Shown here piece after piece: positions 40,473 through 50,890 of a stretch of DNA of 64,000 nt. The stretch is taken from contig CP166615.1 in assembly GCA_041937175.2 (NCBI GenBank), positions 1,568,001 through 1,632,000 of the forward strand, written 5' to 3'. Under the pieces are notes generated by a model. That model had not been told where the DNA came from, searched no databases, and saw nothing but the letters and a program-made list of their open reading frames with translations. The translations under genes and the position numbers were made by a program. Origin of the DNA: Limnothrix sp. BL-A-16. GTDB lineage: Bacteria > Cyanobacteriota > Cyanobacteriia > CACIAM-69d. Numbering within the stretch: the stretch's first letter is position 1; each line of letters begins with the position of its first letter.

Positions 40473-42680
40473 CTAACCCAACAGCGCGATCGCCCGTTTC
40501 ACCAGGTTCTCCGCCGTCAGACCGTTCAGGCCCATCAGTTGGCCAGCGGTCGCCGTCGTTTCGCCGCGCTTCCAGGCAAACACATCGCGCGGAGCCGTGC
40601 TGCGCAGGACGATCGGCTCCAGCATCGCACTCGTACCGCCGGTCACACCCAACAATGCATCACCACCAAAGAGCCGATCGAACGTCGCATCATCAATAAA
40701 GTGAGCATCCGGCTCCGAGCACATCTCCACCGCCACATCGGTCGATCGGTAGAGGCGACGGGGGCTAATCACCGACACGATCCGCGAACCGATCCCCTGG
40801 GCCGCCAACTGTTCGGCGGCCGCCAGCGCCGGGGTCAAGGTCATGTCACCAATCACCGCCAAGACCACGGTTTTTTCGCCGGGCGTTTCTTGCAACACAA
40901 AGCCGCCGTCCTGCAAGGCTTGGCGCGTTTGCTCAAAGGTCGAGACGATCGGCAGCGGCGACTTGCTGACCGTAATCGTGATCCCCTTGTTCACTTGCGC
41001 CAGCGCCCAGTCATAGCAAGCCTGGGTGCTGTTCGCATCGCAGGGGAACAGCGGGAAGATGTTGCCGTTGCGCATCATCGCCGCGAAGTAGTTTTCGATT
41101 TCCGGGCGTTGGTGCGTCCAGCCGTTGCGGCCCTGCTCCAGCGCACCCGCCGTGAACAGGCAGACCGTGGCGGGCGTGGGGCGGCGCAACTCGGCCATGG
41201 CTTGGGTGACGGTTTGCCAAATCGGCAGACCGTTGATCGCGAACGACTCGTAGGAACACCAGAGCGATCGCGCCCCAAACAGGGCTTGCCCCACCGCCAA
41301 CCCGGCGCAGGCATCCTCGTTCAGGGGTTCATACACCTGACCATCGGGCTGTTGGAAATAGATGGGGTCGGTGGTCGGGTGAACGATTTTCAGGCCCACA
41401 TTGATGTTGTTGATCCCCGAGGCGGCGTTGCCGTCGGCGTTGGTGACGATGAAGTCGCGATCGGCTTGACCCACTTGCACCACCACATCGCCCATGGCCG
41501 TGGTCGAAACCTTCTTTTCGCCGGCCGGGAATTCCACCAGGTTCAGCTTGCCCAAATCCGCTAGGGGCCGCACCTTTTCGGTCACGGCCACCTGAGCCGC
41601 CGGGCCACCGCCCGATCGCTCAAAGTTCGTCCGCACCAGTTGCCAAGCCTCCGGCGACAGGGCCCGCTCCTTCAGGGCCGCCACAATGTAGTCCCGCTCC
41701 AGGTTGTCGCCGGGATAGAGGTTGTGGGACTGAGCACCGCGCTTGTGTACGCCCGCGCCCTTCAGTTGCTTGATGATCAACACCGTCAGCTTGCCGCCCA
41801 AGGCCAGTTTCGCCGCCTGGTCGGTGGCTTCCAGCACTGCCTGGGCAAACACCAATCGCTGGGCAAAGGAAAACTGGGTGCTATCGACGTAATCGCCCGG
41901 TTGGTTGGCATCGTCGAAGTCCTTGGCATCCAGCAGCACCACTTCTTCAAAGCCATTGCCGCGCCAGTAGGCTTCCATGGCGGCGTTGGATTTGGTGGAG
42001 ACCATGCTGTGGTGCTCTTGGCTGTAGCCGTTCCAAATCAGAATCGGCAGGAAGTTGGTGGCCTGCGGATAGGCGGTGTTGAAGTGGCCAAAGCTGCTCA
42101 TGATGTAGGGTTCGCCCAGGCCGCCATCCCCGATCGTCACGGGGAAGAGGGTTCCGGGGAACAGCTTGGCCCCGGCCATGGCAAAGTGCTGACCCTGGCC
42201 GAGGGGGCCGGCGGGGGCCAGCAGGCCGGGAATTTGCCCCGACAGGTGGCCGAGCAGGCCGTGGGTTTCGCGGAATCGATCGCGCAATTGCTGCACCGTC
42301 GTGATGCCCATGGCTTCGAGCGATCGATCCAAGAACACCTGGGAATAGAAACCGGGGGCGTGGTGGCCCACTTCGGTGGTGAAGTTCTTGTAACCGAGCA
42401 TGATCAGCGCCGCCATCACATCGGCAGAGCTGGCATAGCCGCCGGGGTGGCCCGATTCCTTGCTGGCGGTCATCTGCACGATCAGGTAACGCAGGGCATC
42501 GGCCGCCAGGAGAGTTTGGAAGGCCGCCGCTCGATCGCTCGGGCTGGCGATCGCCCCTGTGGTCGCATCCACGGCTGGCGCAGCACCCAGGATGTCAAAT
42601 TCGGGCCAAGGCGCACCGAAGTATTGAATGCCGTCGCAAAACGCAGGCGTGGTCGTGGGTGCGGGGGTTGTGGCGGTCAT
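40473..42680 (-). CDS. Phosphoketolase family protein (ThDP-dependent)
   Basis: SGHPGG, GHHAPG, GPLGQG, GDG...N ThDP motif, GRNGWTHQRP. Confidence 0.88.
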   Translation of the reverse strand: MTATTPAPTTTPAFCDGIQYFGAPWPEFDILGAAPAVDATTGAIASPSDRAAAFQTLLAADALRYLIVQMTASKESGHPGGYASSADVMAALIMLGYKNFTTEVGHHAPGFYSQVFLDRSLEAMGITTVQQLRDRFRETHGLLGHLSGQIPGLLAPAGPLGQGQHFAMAGAKLFPGTLFPVTIGDGGLGEPYIMSSFGHFNTAYPQATNFLPILIWNGYSQEHHSMVSTKSNAAMEAYWRGNGFEEVVLLDAKDFDDANQPGDYVDSTQFSFAQRLVFAQAVLEATDQAAKLALGGKLTVLIIKQLKGAGVHKRGAQSHNLYPGDNLERDYIVAALKERALSPEAWQLVRTNFERSGGGPAAQVAVTEKVRPLADLGKLNLVEFPAGEKKVSTTAMGDVVVQVGQADRDFIVTNADGNAASGINNINVGLKIVHPTTDPIYFQQPDGQVYEPLNEDACAGLAVGQALFGARSLWCSYESFAINGLPIWQTVTQAMAELRRPTPATVCLFTAGALEQGRNGWTHQRPEIENYFAAMMRNGNIFPLFPCDANSTQACYDWALAQVNKGITITVSKSPLPIVSTFEQTRQALQDGGFVLQETPGEKTVVLAVIGDMTLTPALAAAEQLAAQGIGSRIVSVISPRRLYRSTDVAVEMCSEPDAHFIDDATFDRLFGGDALLGVTGGTSAMLEPIVLRSTAPRDVFAWKRGETTATAGQLMGLNGLTAENLVKRAIALLG

Positions 42681-42962
42681 GGGCAATTCACCTAGTGGTT
42701 CGACTCTCTCGACTGTAAGGCCAGTCTTGAGGCGATATTTTACAACCTTGATGTTGCTAAAGTCTCAGGACGATCAACTCAGGACGATCGAAACCGGCCC
42801 CTTAACGACCCGTTGTACTGGGGGCTGGACGATCAGCAGGCGATCGATTGTGGCAGTCTCTCGCTAAATTTGCCGCCCTAGTCCAGACCCAAAACGCCAC
42901 GCCCTAACCCATCAACCCTGTTGATAGACTGGGGGCAATTCCCCGATCGAAACTGGTCGCCT

Positions 42963-43508
42963 ATGTTGACCCTGGCGCAATGGACCGTGGCGGAATATCA
43001 CCAAATGATCGCGGCGGGCCTGCTGGTCGATCGCCGCGTGGAACTGTTGAACGGGCAAATTATTGAAATGTCACCGGAAGGGCCGGAGCATACCTATCGC
43101 GGCGAAACCCTGGCGGAGTGGCTGCGCGATCGCCTGCGGGGGCGAGCCTATGTGCGGGAAGCGCGACCGATTACCCTAGACCATTCGGAACCGGAGCCAG
43201 ATATTGCCGTGGTGCGGGGCGATCGATCCCAATTTGTCCAACGACATCCCGGCGCGGCGGATCTGTTTTGGGTGGTGGAAATTGCCCGATCGACCCTAGC
43301 CACAGACCTGACCCACAAGCGGGATCTCTACGCGCGGGTGGGAATTCCGGAATATTGGGTGGTGGATTTGGTGAATCGGCGGGTGGTGGTGTTTCGGCAA
43401 CCGGAAGCGGGCCGCTACAGCCAAGCGGAAACGGTGAGCGATCGCCCGATCGCGCCGCTGGCTTTCCCGGACTGTGCGATCGACCTGACCCAGCTCTTTC
43501 AACCGTAG
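42963..43508 (+). CDS. Uma2 family endonuclease, copy 1
   Basis: RVELLNG.I.EMSP, PEPD, VEIA, YAR.GIPEYW. Confidence 0.92.
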   Translation: MLTLAQWTVAEYHQMIAAGLLVDRRVELLNGQIIEMSPEGPEHTYRGETLAEWLRDRLRGRAYVREARPITLDHSEPEPDIAVVRGDRSQFVQRHPGAADLFWVVEIARSTLATDLTHKRDLYARVGIPEYWVVDLVNRRVVVFRQPEAGRYSQAETVSDRPIAPLAFPDCAIDLTQLFQP

Positions 43509-43540
43509 AGTCTGCCGCGTGACGACGCGACAACGCAATT

Positions 43541-44086
43541 ATGTTGACCCTGGCGCAATGGACTGTGGCGGAATATCACCAAATGATTGCGGCGGGCCTG
43601 TTGGTCGATCGCCGCGTGGAACTGTTGAACGGGCAAATTATTGAAATGTCACCGGAAGGGCCAGAACACCGCTACCAATGCAGCAGTTTGGGCGATCGGC
43701 TGCGGGTGCTGTTGCGCGATCAGGCTTGGATTAGTGAGGCACACCCGATTACGCTGGATGACTCGGAACCGGAGCCGGATTTGGCCATTGTTCGGTTGCC
43801 TCGATCGGCCTTTCGCGATCGCCACCCGGGGCCAGCGGATCTGTTTTGGGTGATTGAAATTGCTCGATCGACCCTCACCACAGACCTGACCCACAAGCGG
43901 GATCTCTACGCGCGGGTGGGAATTCCGGAATATTGGGTGGTGGATTTGGTGAACCGGCGGGTGGTGGTGTTTCGGCAACCGGAAGCGGGCCGCTACAGCC
44001 AAGCGGAAACGGTGAGCGATCGCCCGATCGCGCCGCTGGCCTTCCCGGACTGTGCGATCGACCTGGCCCAGCTCTTTCAACCGTAG
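43541..44086 (+). CDS. Uma2 family endonuclease, copy 2
   Basis: Same motifs and the same 546-nt length as copy 1. Confidence 0.92.
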   Translation: MLTLAQWTVAEYHQMIAAGLLVDRRVELLNGQIIEMSPEGPEHRYQCSSLGDRLRVLLRDQAWISEAHPITLDDSEPEPDLAIVRLPRSAFRDRHPGPADLFWVIEIARSTLTTDLTHKRDLYARVGIPEYWVVDLVNRRVVVFRQPEAGRYSQAETVSDRPIAPLAFPDCAIDLAQLFQP

Positions 44087-44107
44087 GAAAATCGGGAGTT
44101 TCCTGCG

Positions 44108-45688
44108 CTATGGGCCGGTGCGAAACGAGGGCAAGGCTTCAAATTGGGCAAACTCAGACTCCAGTTTCCACTGCACCCGGGCGCGATCGCTCTGGGCCAA
44201 AAAGCCCTGACACCCGGCCGAAATGGCGGCAACGTTGGGCGAATCTTGGGCACAAGCGGCAGTCACTGCGTCAAAATTTGACGAATTCCAAAGACTAGCT
44301 CCCGAGAGGAAACTATATTCCAAACTATTGCGCGCCAACCGTTTGAGATCGGCATAGCTCAACTGATAGCGCAGGATTGCCAATCCATACTCGTTGCTCA
44401 AATCAATGCGAGCAATGCCCTCATCATCGGAAGCCAACGTCATGGGCACACCGGCCGCGAGATATTCGCGGAAGGGATGTTGGTTGCCAGCCACATTCAA
44501 AATCACCTCATTGCTGGTGAGGCAAATTTCGACTAACACCCCTCGTTTGCGCATTTCTGCCATCAGTTGAAAGGGGTTGTTTTCATAGAGAATGCTCACC
44601 CCATGGCCAATGCGACTGGCCTGAGCCACTTCCACCGCTTGCCGAATATGAAAACGCAGATCATTGGGTGGCACTAAGCCCAGGGTTAGTTCCCCCGCAT
44701 GAAGGGAAATTTTGACTTCCGGAAACTGCGTTTTTAGAAATTGCAACATCTGCATTTGTTGCTGGTAGTCGCGCAGGGCCACCGGGTTATCTTCTGGGGC
44801 AACTAAGTTGATACCCACAACGCGGGAGTTCGCTTTGGCCAACTCAAAGGCATAGACAAATTGGGCAAACACTTCCTCAGGTGCTTTGGTGCGTGTGGTT
44901 TGTTGCAAATAGCGCACCGTCACTTCACAGCCCGGTTGGGCCATGGGCGTATCGCAGCGTAAAGTGCTGGCGACCTGGCGTTCAAGATTCGCCACCTCTT
45001 GGCTGCCTCGGGTGACCAGCTCCATTAGGCCGCGATCGAGCAACGCGCGCCGCATCTGGGCAAAGTCGCCACTCCAGCCCACGGCCCGCCCCAGTTGACG
45101 CACTTCAGCGCCTTGAACGGTCATCAACAGCTCTAAATAGAAAATATGCTGATCAGCGGCGCGATTGGCCACTTCGGCCACCATGTCGTCCTGGCGCGAC
45201 GGAGTAGAAGAAATCTCCGAAAAGCCGCCAAACGCCTGGAAAAATTGGTCATGGCCCGATCGATTGGCAAAGGGCAGATTGCGGGTTGACCACAAATTAA
45301 TCAGGGCATCGTAGGTGTCAGGACGATTGGGCAACTGCGAAGCGGGAAAATAGCGGCTGTTTTGGCCACAGGCACTCGGTTGAATCAGGGTCAGGGCCTG
45401 GGGATCAATGCAGTAGCCATCGGCGGCGGCCCACTCCAGATAACGCTCCGCATAAACGGCCCCGCTCAGGTGCGTATGAATGTCGCCCCCTTTCGGCATT
45501 CGCTGCACAAAGGCCCGAATCGCAGGAGGACTGGCGCGGTGCTGCTCCAACCATTGGCTCACTTGGGCTTCGGCATCACGGCGCGATCGCGGGTTTACGG
45601 GAGCTTCTTGGGCGGCAACGCTGGAAACAACCAGGCCAGAGCCAAGCAACAGTCCCCATAAAACAGCGAAGGAGGAAAGTTTGGGCAT
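44108..45688 (-). CDS. Secreted adenosine deaminase family protein
   Basis: Signal peptide, MPKGGDIHTHLSG, LHAGE, RIGHG, SDDEG. Confidence 0.88.
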   Translation of the reverse strand: MPKLSSFAVLWGLLLGSGLVVSSVAAQEAPVNPRSRRDAEAQVSQWLEQHRASPPAIRAFVQRMPKGGDIHTHLSGAVYAERYLEWAAADGYCIDPQALTLIQPSACGQNSRYFPASQLPNRPDTYDALINLWSTRNLPFANRSGHDQFFQAFGGFSEISSTPSRQDDMVAEVANRAADQHIFYLELLMTVQGAEVRQLGRAVGWSGDFAQMRRALLDRGLMELVTRGSQEVANLERQVASTLRCDTPMAQPGCEVTVRYLQQTTRTKAPEEVFAQFVYAFELAKANSRVVGINLVAPEDNPVALRDYQQQMQMLQFLKTQFPEVKISLHAGELTLGLVPPNDLRFHIRQAVEVAQASRIGHGVSILYENNPFQLMAEMRKRGVLVEICLTSNEVILNVAGNQHPFREYLAAGVPMTLASDDEGIARIDLSNEYGLAILRYQLSYADLKRLARNSLEYSFLSGASLWNSSNFDAVTAACAQDSPNVAAISAGCQGFLAQSDRARVQWKLESEFAQFEALPSFRTGP

Positions 45689-45872
45689 GGAAAACCGGGG
45701 GGCGGTGGGAGAATTGTGGTGAACTGTACCGCTAATTTTTGCTCAATCATTCAACCGGATTCAGATTCTAAATAAATTTAAATTTTTGTTTTCAATATCC
45801 ATCTGAAAATCAACCAAGATTTGCAATATCTTTCTGGAAATTATTCATTATTTACATCGTTTATCTCGCCAA

Positions 45873-45892
45873 CAAGGGGCTTAAGCCCCTTG
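45873..45892. repeat. REP-like 20-bp palindrome
   Basis: CAAGGGGCTTAAGCCCCTTG; other copies at 15509, 17577, 56320, 56457 and 56623; variants at 49185 and 63754. Confidence 0.85.
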
Positions 45893-45979
45893 TTCCACGT
45901 GATTTCATGGCGGCAATCTCAAGATTTTGGGTGATTTGATTAATAGCCTGAAGCCCTTTTTTGTTGATTAATGGAGTGA

Positions 45980-46096
45980 TACAGCCCTTACCTCGCTTAA
46001 TAAGTACAGCAGACTGTAGGGTGAGCAATGCCCACCGACTAACAGCTTCGTATCATCTGCGATCTGACGTACCAATCGTTTGAGGTAAAGGCTGTA
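45980..46096. mobile_element. MITE-like element family A, copy 2 (117 bp)
   Basis: TACAGCCCTTACCTC / GAGGTAAAGGCTGTA IR (14/15); near-identical to 7895-8011. Confidence 0.78.
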
Positions 46097-46138
46097 AGCA
46101 GATCGGTATTTGGCATGATTTGGCTTTTTAAACATCCT

Positions 46139-48376
46139 CTAGGGGCTGTTTTTGGGTTTGGAATCAGCTTGAAACGGTTGCAAAATTGCTTGGGTTTCCG
46201 GATTGTAGAGCCGTAGATAATTCCAATAATTGCCCAACACGTTTTCCACGTAACCGCGCGTTTCCGAAAAGGGAATTTGCTCCACAAATCGATCGAGATC
46301 TGCCGTGCCAAATTGCTTCACCCAGCGGTTTACATTCCCCGGCCCAGCGTTGTAGGCGGCCACGGCTAGCAAACTGTTGTTGTCATATTCCCGGTGTGTG
46401 TAGTCCAAAAACCAAGTGCCAAGTTTGATGTTGTCCGGGGGATTTTCCAGGCTGTAATCCTTGAAGCCGATTTTGTTGGCCACCCATTCGCCCGTGGAAG
46501 GCAACACCTGCATTAAGCCCACGGCATTGGCGATCGAGCGGATATCACGTTCAAAGTGGGACTCTTGGCGAATTAGCCCCAACACGAGGGCCGGATTCAG
46601 GTTTTGGGCCCGGGCCCCGGCGGCGATCGGATCCCAATAGGGACGGGGATAGAGCCGCCGCCAATAGTTCAAGTCTCGGCGGGCGGCCGCAAACTGTTCC
46701 CGATCGCCCGGTTCCTCGCGCCACCGCAAATTAGCCAGGGCAAAAAGACCGGCTAAATAATCGCCATTGCCCAGTCGCAACGTGCCGTCTGTGTATTGCT
46801 CTGCAAAGGTGGGCTGGTTGCGGTTTTGGAATTCCGTTTGCCAATAGTCAAAGGCGGCGCGGTCTTGCTCCAGTTGATAGAGCGCTTGCAGGGTAGGCGA
46901 TCCGGCGGGTAGGGGGGCGCGCGGGGGCGGCGGTTGCAGGGTGGGTTGCCCCGATCGAATGGTGGTGAAATCTCCGACCGGTAACCCCAACTTCACGGCC
47001 GATCGCCAGGCGTAGTAAGACTCGGGATACTGTTGCAGGGTGTGGCGGTAGGCCGCTTGGGCGGCGGCTTGGTCTCCCAACTGGGCGGCCCATTGTCCGG
47101 CCCAAAAGCTGGCCCGGGGGGCATCTTCATGCTCAGGGTTCTGTTGCACCAGGGCGATCGCCCATTGGCGGGCCGCTTGGGGGCTGGTGGCGGCAGCTTC
47201 CTCGGCCAGTTGCCAGCGCAAATCGCCGGCCGCGTCGCTGTTGCTGAAGGTTTTGAAGAGTCGATCGCGATCGGCCGTGGCGGGCTGTTGCTGATTTTTC
47301 AGGATCCGCACTCGCTCCAACAGGGCCCGAGGGGCATGGGTGGGGTTGGCTAGGGCGCGATCGAGCAGGGCCAAGCCTTCGGCCGGCGGCACTAACCGGG
47401 CCAAACGGGTCATGCCAAAGGCCGCTTCCGGAGCTTGGGGAAATTGCTGAATCAGCCGACGATAGCGGGCGATCGCCTCGGGCCGTTTGCCGCCCAGTTG
47501 GGCCCCCCGCCCGGCCCGATAGGCATGGAGGGGGCTGGGGGTGGCTTTGGCGTAGGCATCGCCGGCCTTGGCGTATTGACGACGATCCCAATAAATCCGC
47601 CCGATCGTGGCCCAATCGGCGGGGGTGATGGCGGTGGCGAACTGACTTTCTAGGGGCCCCAGATAGTTACCCACATCCCGCGCATCGGGGGCATGGCGCA
47701 ATAGATATAGGAACCAATCGGGGCGATCGGGCGTTTGGGCTAACCGTTGCTTGGCCACCGCGATCGCCCGGGGATGCGATTTCCAGGGGGAATCGGCCGC
47801 CACCAGGCGATCAAGCCATTTGGGATCCTGTTGACCCAATCCATAGAGCGCTTCCGCCGTGGCCGGATCCTGGGGAAATTGCTTCAGCAGGGCTTGCCAG
47901 GTTTGGCTGGCCCCCGCCCGATCGCCCCCTTGGAGTTGCGCCTTGGCCCGCAGGGCCAACACCGGAGCCAACAGCACCGGATCATCGGCCTTTTCCAGCC
48001 ACTTCAGGGCCGTTGCATGGTCTTTGACGCTCAGGGCCTCCGTGGCCAGCACATAGCGTGCGCCCGATCGAGTCAAAGGGGTGGCCGATTCCGCCAGTTC
48101 CGTCAGGGGAGGCACTTTGGGCGCTTTGGGATCCGTGGCCTCGGGATTTGGCGTTTCTTGGTGAATTCGGGCCGCGGCCACTTCGGTTAAACCCGTTGCG
48201 GGAGATTGGTTAGCCTGACGATTGGCCAACCAATCCCCCATGGGCGACAGGGCCGCACCGACCCCCAAGGCCACGGCTCCCGCAGCGCCCAAACCCACCA
48301 CCCAAGGGCGATCGCGCCACAGGTGACGTAAACCCATTGTCCAAGTTGCAAACTTCACGGCCGGCCTCGATCGCAA
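46139..48376 (-). CDS. Soluble lytic transglycosylase (Slt70-like with TPRs); ATG start may be 48337
   Basis: IRQES, AVGLMQV, AAYNAGPG, ETRGYV. Confidence 0.92.
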   Translation of the reverse strand: MRSRPAVKFATWTMGLRHLWRDRPWVVGLGAAGAVALGVGAALSPMGDWLANRQANQSPATGLTEVAAARIHQETPNPEATDPKAPKVPPLTELAESATPLTRSGARYVLATEALSVKDHATALKWLEKADDPVLLAPVLALRAKAQLQGGDRAGASQTWQALLKQFPQDPATAEALYGLGQQDPKWLDRLVAADSPWKSHPRAIAVAKQRLAQTPDRPDWFLYLLRHAPDARDVGNYLGPLESQFATAITPADWATIGRIYWDRRQYAKAGDAYAKATPSPLHAYRAGRGAQLGGKRPEAIARYRRLIQQFPQAPEAAFGMTRLARLVPPAEGLALLDRALANPTHAPRALLERVRILKNQQQPATADRDRLFKTFSNSDAAGDLRWQLAEEAAATSPQAARQWAIALVQQNPEHEDAPRASFWAGQWAAQLGDQAAAQAAYRHTLQQYPESYYAWRSAVKLGLPVGDFTTIRSGQPTLQPPPPRAPLPAGSPTLQALYQLEQDRAAFDYWQTEFQNRNQPTFAEQYTDGTLRLGNGDYLAGLFALANLRWREEPGDREQFAAARRDLNYWRRLYPRPYWDPIAAGARAQNLNPALVLGLIRQESHFERDIRSIANAVGLMQVLPSTGEWVANKIGFKDYSLENPPDNIKLGTWFLDYTHREYDNNSLLAVAAYNAGPGNVNRWVKQFGTADLDRFVEQIPFSETRGYVENVLGNYWNYLRLYNPETQAILQPFQADSKPKNSP

Positions 48377-48403
48377 GACACTCTAGCCATTGTGCCGCAG
48401 TCC

Positions 48404-48904
48404 CTAGGCCGATGTGGGTTGGGCCACCACCTCCGCCACCGACACCACCTCGGCCCCTTGGCAAGTCGGCAAGGGTTCAATCAAGGGTTGATTCAACAAC
48501 ACCATGGTGGTGCTTTGGTTTTCCTGGAAACCAATCCGCTCATAAAACGCCTGTTGATTGGTGGTCATTAAATAGACTCGCTCCACCCGGCAGAGTTGCG
48601 GGTGCGCCAAAACCGTTTGCACCAATTTGCGCCCAATGCCAGCCCCTTGATAGGTGGGATGAACCACCACATCCCAAATCGTGGCCCGATAGATGCCATC
48701 GGAGGTGGCCCGGGCAAACCCAATCAACCGATCGCCATCCCAAGCGCTAATGACCGGCAAACTGTTGGCCACGGCCAATTCCACGTCCTCTCGGCGGCGA
48801 TCGCGCGCCCAAAATGCCGTGTCCTGAAACAGTTGATGGAGTTGGTCAAAATCAATCTCTTCGGCGCGATCGCGAAACTGAATATGGCTGCAATCGAGAG
48901 GCAT
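48404..48904 (-). CDS. GNAT family N-acetyltransferase
   Basis: IGFARATSDG, DVVVHP.YQG.GIG, FYERIGF. Confidence 0.9.
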   Translation of the reverse strand: MPLDCSHIQFRDRAEEIDFDQLHQLFQDTAFWARDRRREDVELAVANSLPVISAWDGDRLIGFARATSDGIYRATIWDVVVHPTYQGAGIGRKLVQTVLAHPQLCRVERVYLMTTNQQAFYERIGFQENQSTTMVLLNQPLIEPLPTCQGAEVVSVAEVVAQPTSA

Positions 48905-50890
48905 GGCAGTCGCAGGCAAACAACGACAATTGCAGTTGATGGTAAACGACCCATCCCAACTTTGGCAGCGTCCTGGCACACGGAAATGCAGCCAGGTTCG
49001 ATCGGCCCAAAATTCCTTCCAAAATTATTTCCAACATCCCTTGCTCCAAAACCTGTCCCTAATCAGTCTCTAACCTGTCCCTAATCGATCCCTAATTTGT
49101 CTCTGGTAGGGTGTTGGGCAATGGCTGCCGGGAATGTATCGCCCCCCTGCCAGCGCCCGATCGCGCTCTTGATCCCGATCGGGGCAAGGAGTTAAAACCC
49201 CTTGTCTGGAATCTGGATCGGTCTTTGTCTGCACTCAATCCGAACGCCGGGATCAGCCAGCCGGGATCAGCCAGCCGGGATCAGTCCTTGCCGGAATGCC
49301 TGACATATGGAGGGCGATCAGGGAAGTTTTCCCCAACTCGCCAGCAAGCACTATTGGGTTCATCACTATTTGTAAGTAAATCGCAACTAAAAAGTCCCAT
49401 TTCCGACCCCTTTATTGCTATAGATCGCGTTTTCTAACAGTTGCGAATTATTTGAACCTATGGGGATCAAACCCATTAGAATCAGATCAGTTAGCGCTAG
49501 ACAACCTAGTTAGTTAACTCCCTTAACCATCGTTTCAAGTTATTTCCTTGTTTCGTAGAGGGCTACATAGATTGTGTGGCTCTGTTCGTTAACCAAAACC
49601 CTAGTGGTTTTGCTGGGCTTGTAACATGCAGCATTGTCATTGATTCTGAATCAGAATCCCCTCGGAAGTCTTAGTTGGCTAAAACAGTAATTAGCCAATT
49701 CGTTAGCCAATTAGTTAGCTCAGCTAAAGCGCAGTTGGTTATCCGTCTTTCGCAGTTGGCTTTTCACGATTTTGCGGTTCGCTGTTTCTCATTGATCGTT
49801 TGATCAGTCAGTTCTTGCTTGTTTTTTGGAACTGCTGGCAACTGAAGACAGGTTTTTTCGGCTTTTCGATCTTGATGATGTTGATGGCTGGCTTGAGTTC
49901 TAATTAACTCGCTGGCTCCGCTGAACATTACGGGTCACCCTTTCGATATCTCAAAGTCTCAAACATTTCGCCTCAAACATTTCTGACGACTTAGGAGGCT
50001 CCCTAATTCCTCTCTGATTGCTGTTTGATTTGGATTTGACTTGCATTTGACGACGATTGATGATGTTGGATTTTGGTTGGGCTTGGTTTGACGAGAACTG
50101 AATTCAGTAATTTTCAGTCTCAAAGATTCAGTCGGTCTGAATTCGCCTAATACCAAGCCCCCATTCCACCATCCAATTCTCAAGTATCGGCCATGAGCAT
50201 GGTGATCTGAGGCTCAAAACAAGACCGGAAACGGCCATGTCGGCAACCGCTGGAGCACTGTCCTAGCAATCGCCAGCCCAAGCATTGGCCTCGATTTGGT
50301 CAAAGGATTTGGGTCGCCTGTGTCGGTTGCAAGCCTGCCCATGGCAACGTTTATTGCTGATGTTTCTGAGGTTTTTGAACGTTTCTTGCCAGAAGCTTTC
50401 TTGTCGAAGGCTTGCTGTTGAATTCCGAACTGTTTCCATTGTCGAATTGCGTCCAATTATTTCAATTGAATTTTCAATTGAATTCTGAAGGTTCATTCCA
50501 TTAGCTGAATTGGCCGAGTAAGTCGGTTGAACATTGGCGAGTTTGCTAGATCAAATCTCGAACGTCAAATCTCTAGCTTTGGTGAAAAACTGAATCCCGA
50601 TCGAAGAATCCTGATCGAAATGGGATCGATATTGATCGAGTTCGGGTTGGGCCCTTGAGTCCTGCCCGAACACTAACCGGATGCTGATTGAACATTAGCT
50701 GATCAAATCGGGGCTTTAAGTCCTGAAGAATTGCTAATTGTACATTGGCTAATTGAACACTGATCGAACGCTGATCAAACATTGCTTGGATAATGGATCA
50801 AAGAGCCACCCCCATGGGGTGGTTTCTTTTTGGGATGATTTGCTGGGAGATGATTTTTGGGGAATTGGCCACAGCTTAATAAAGGAGAAA

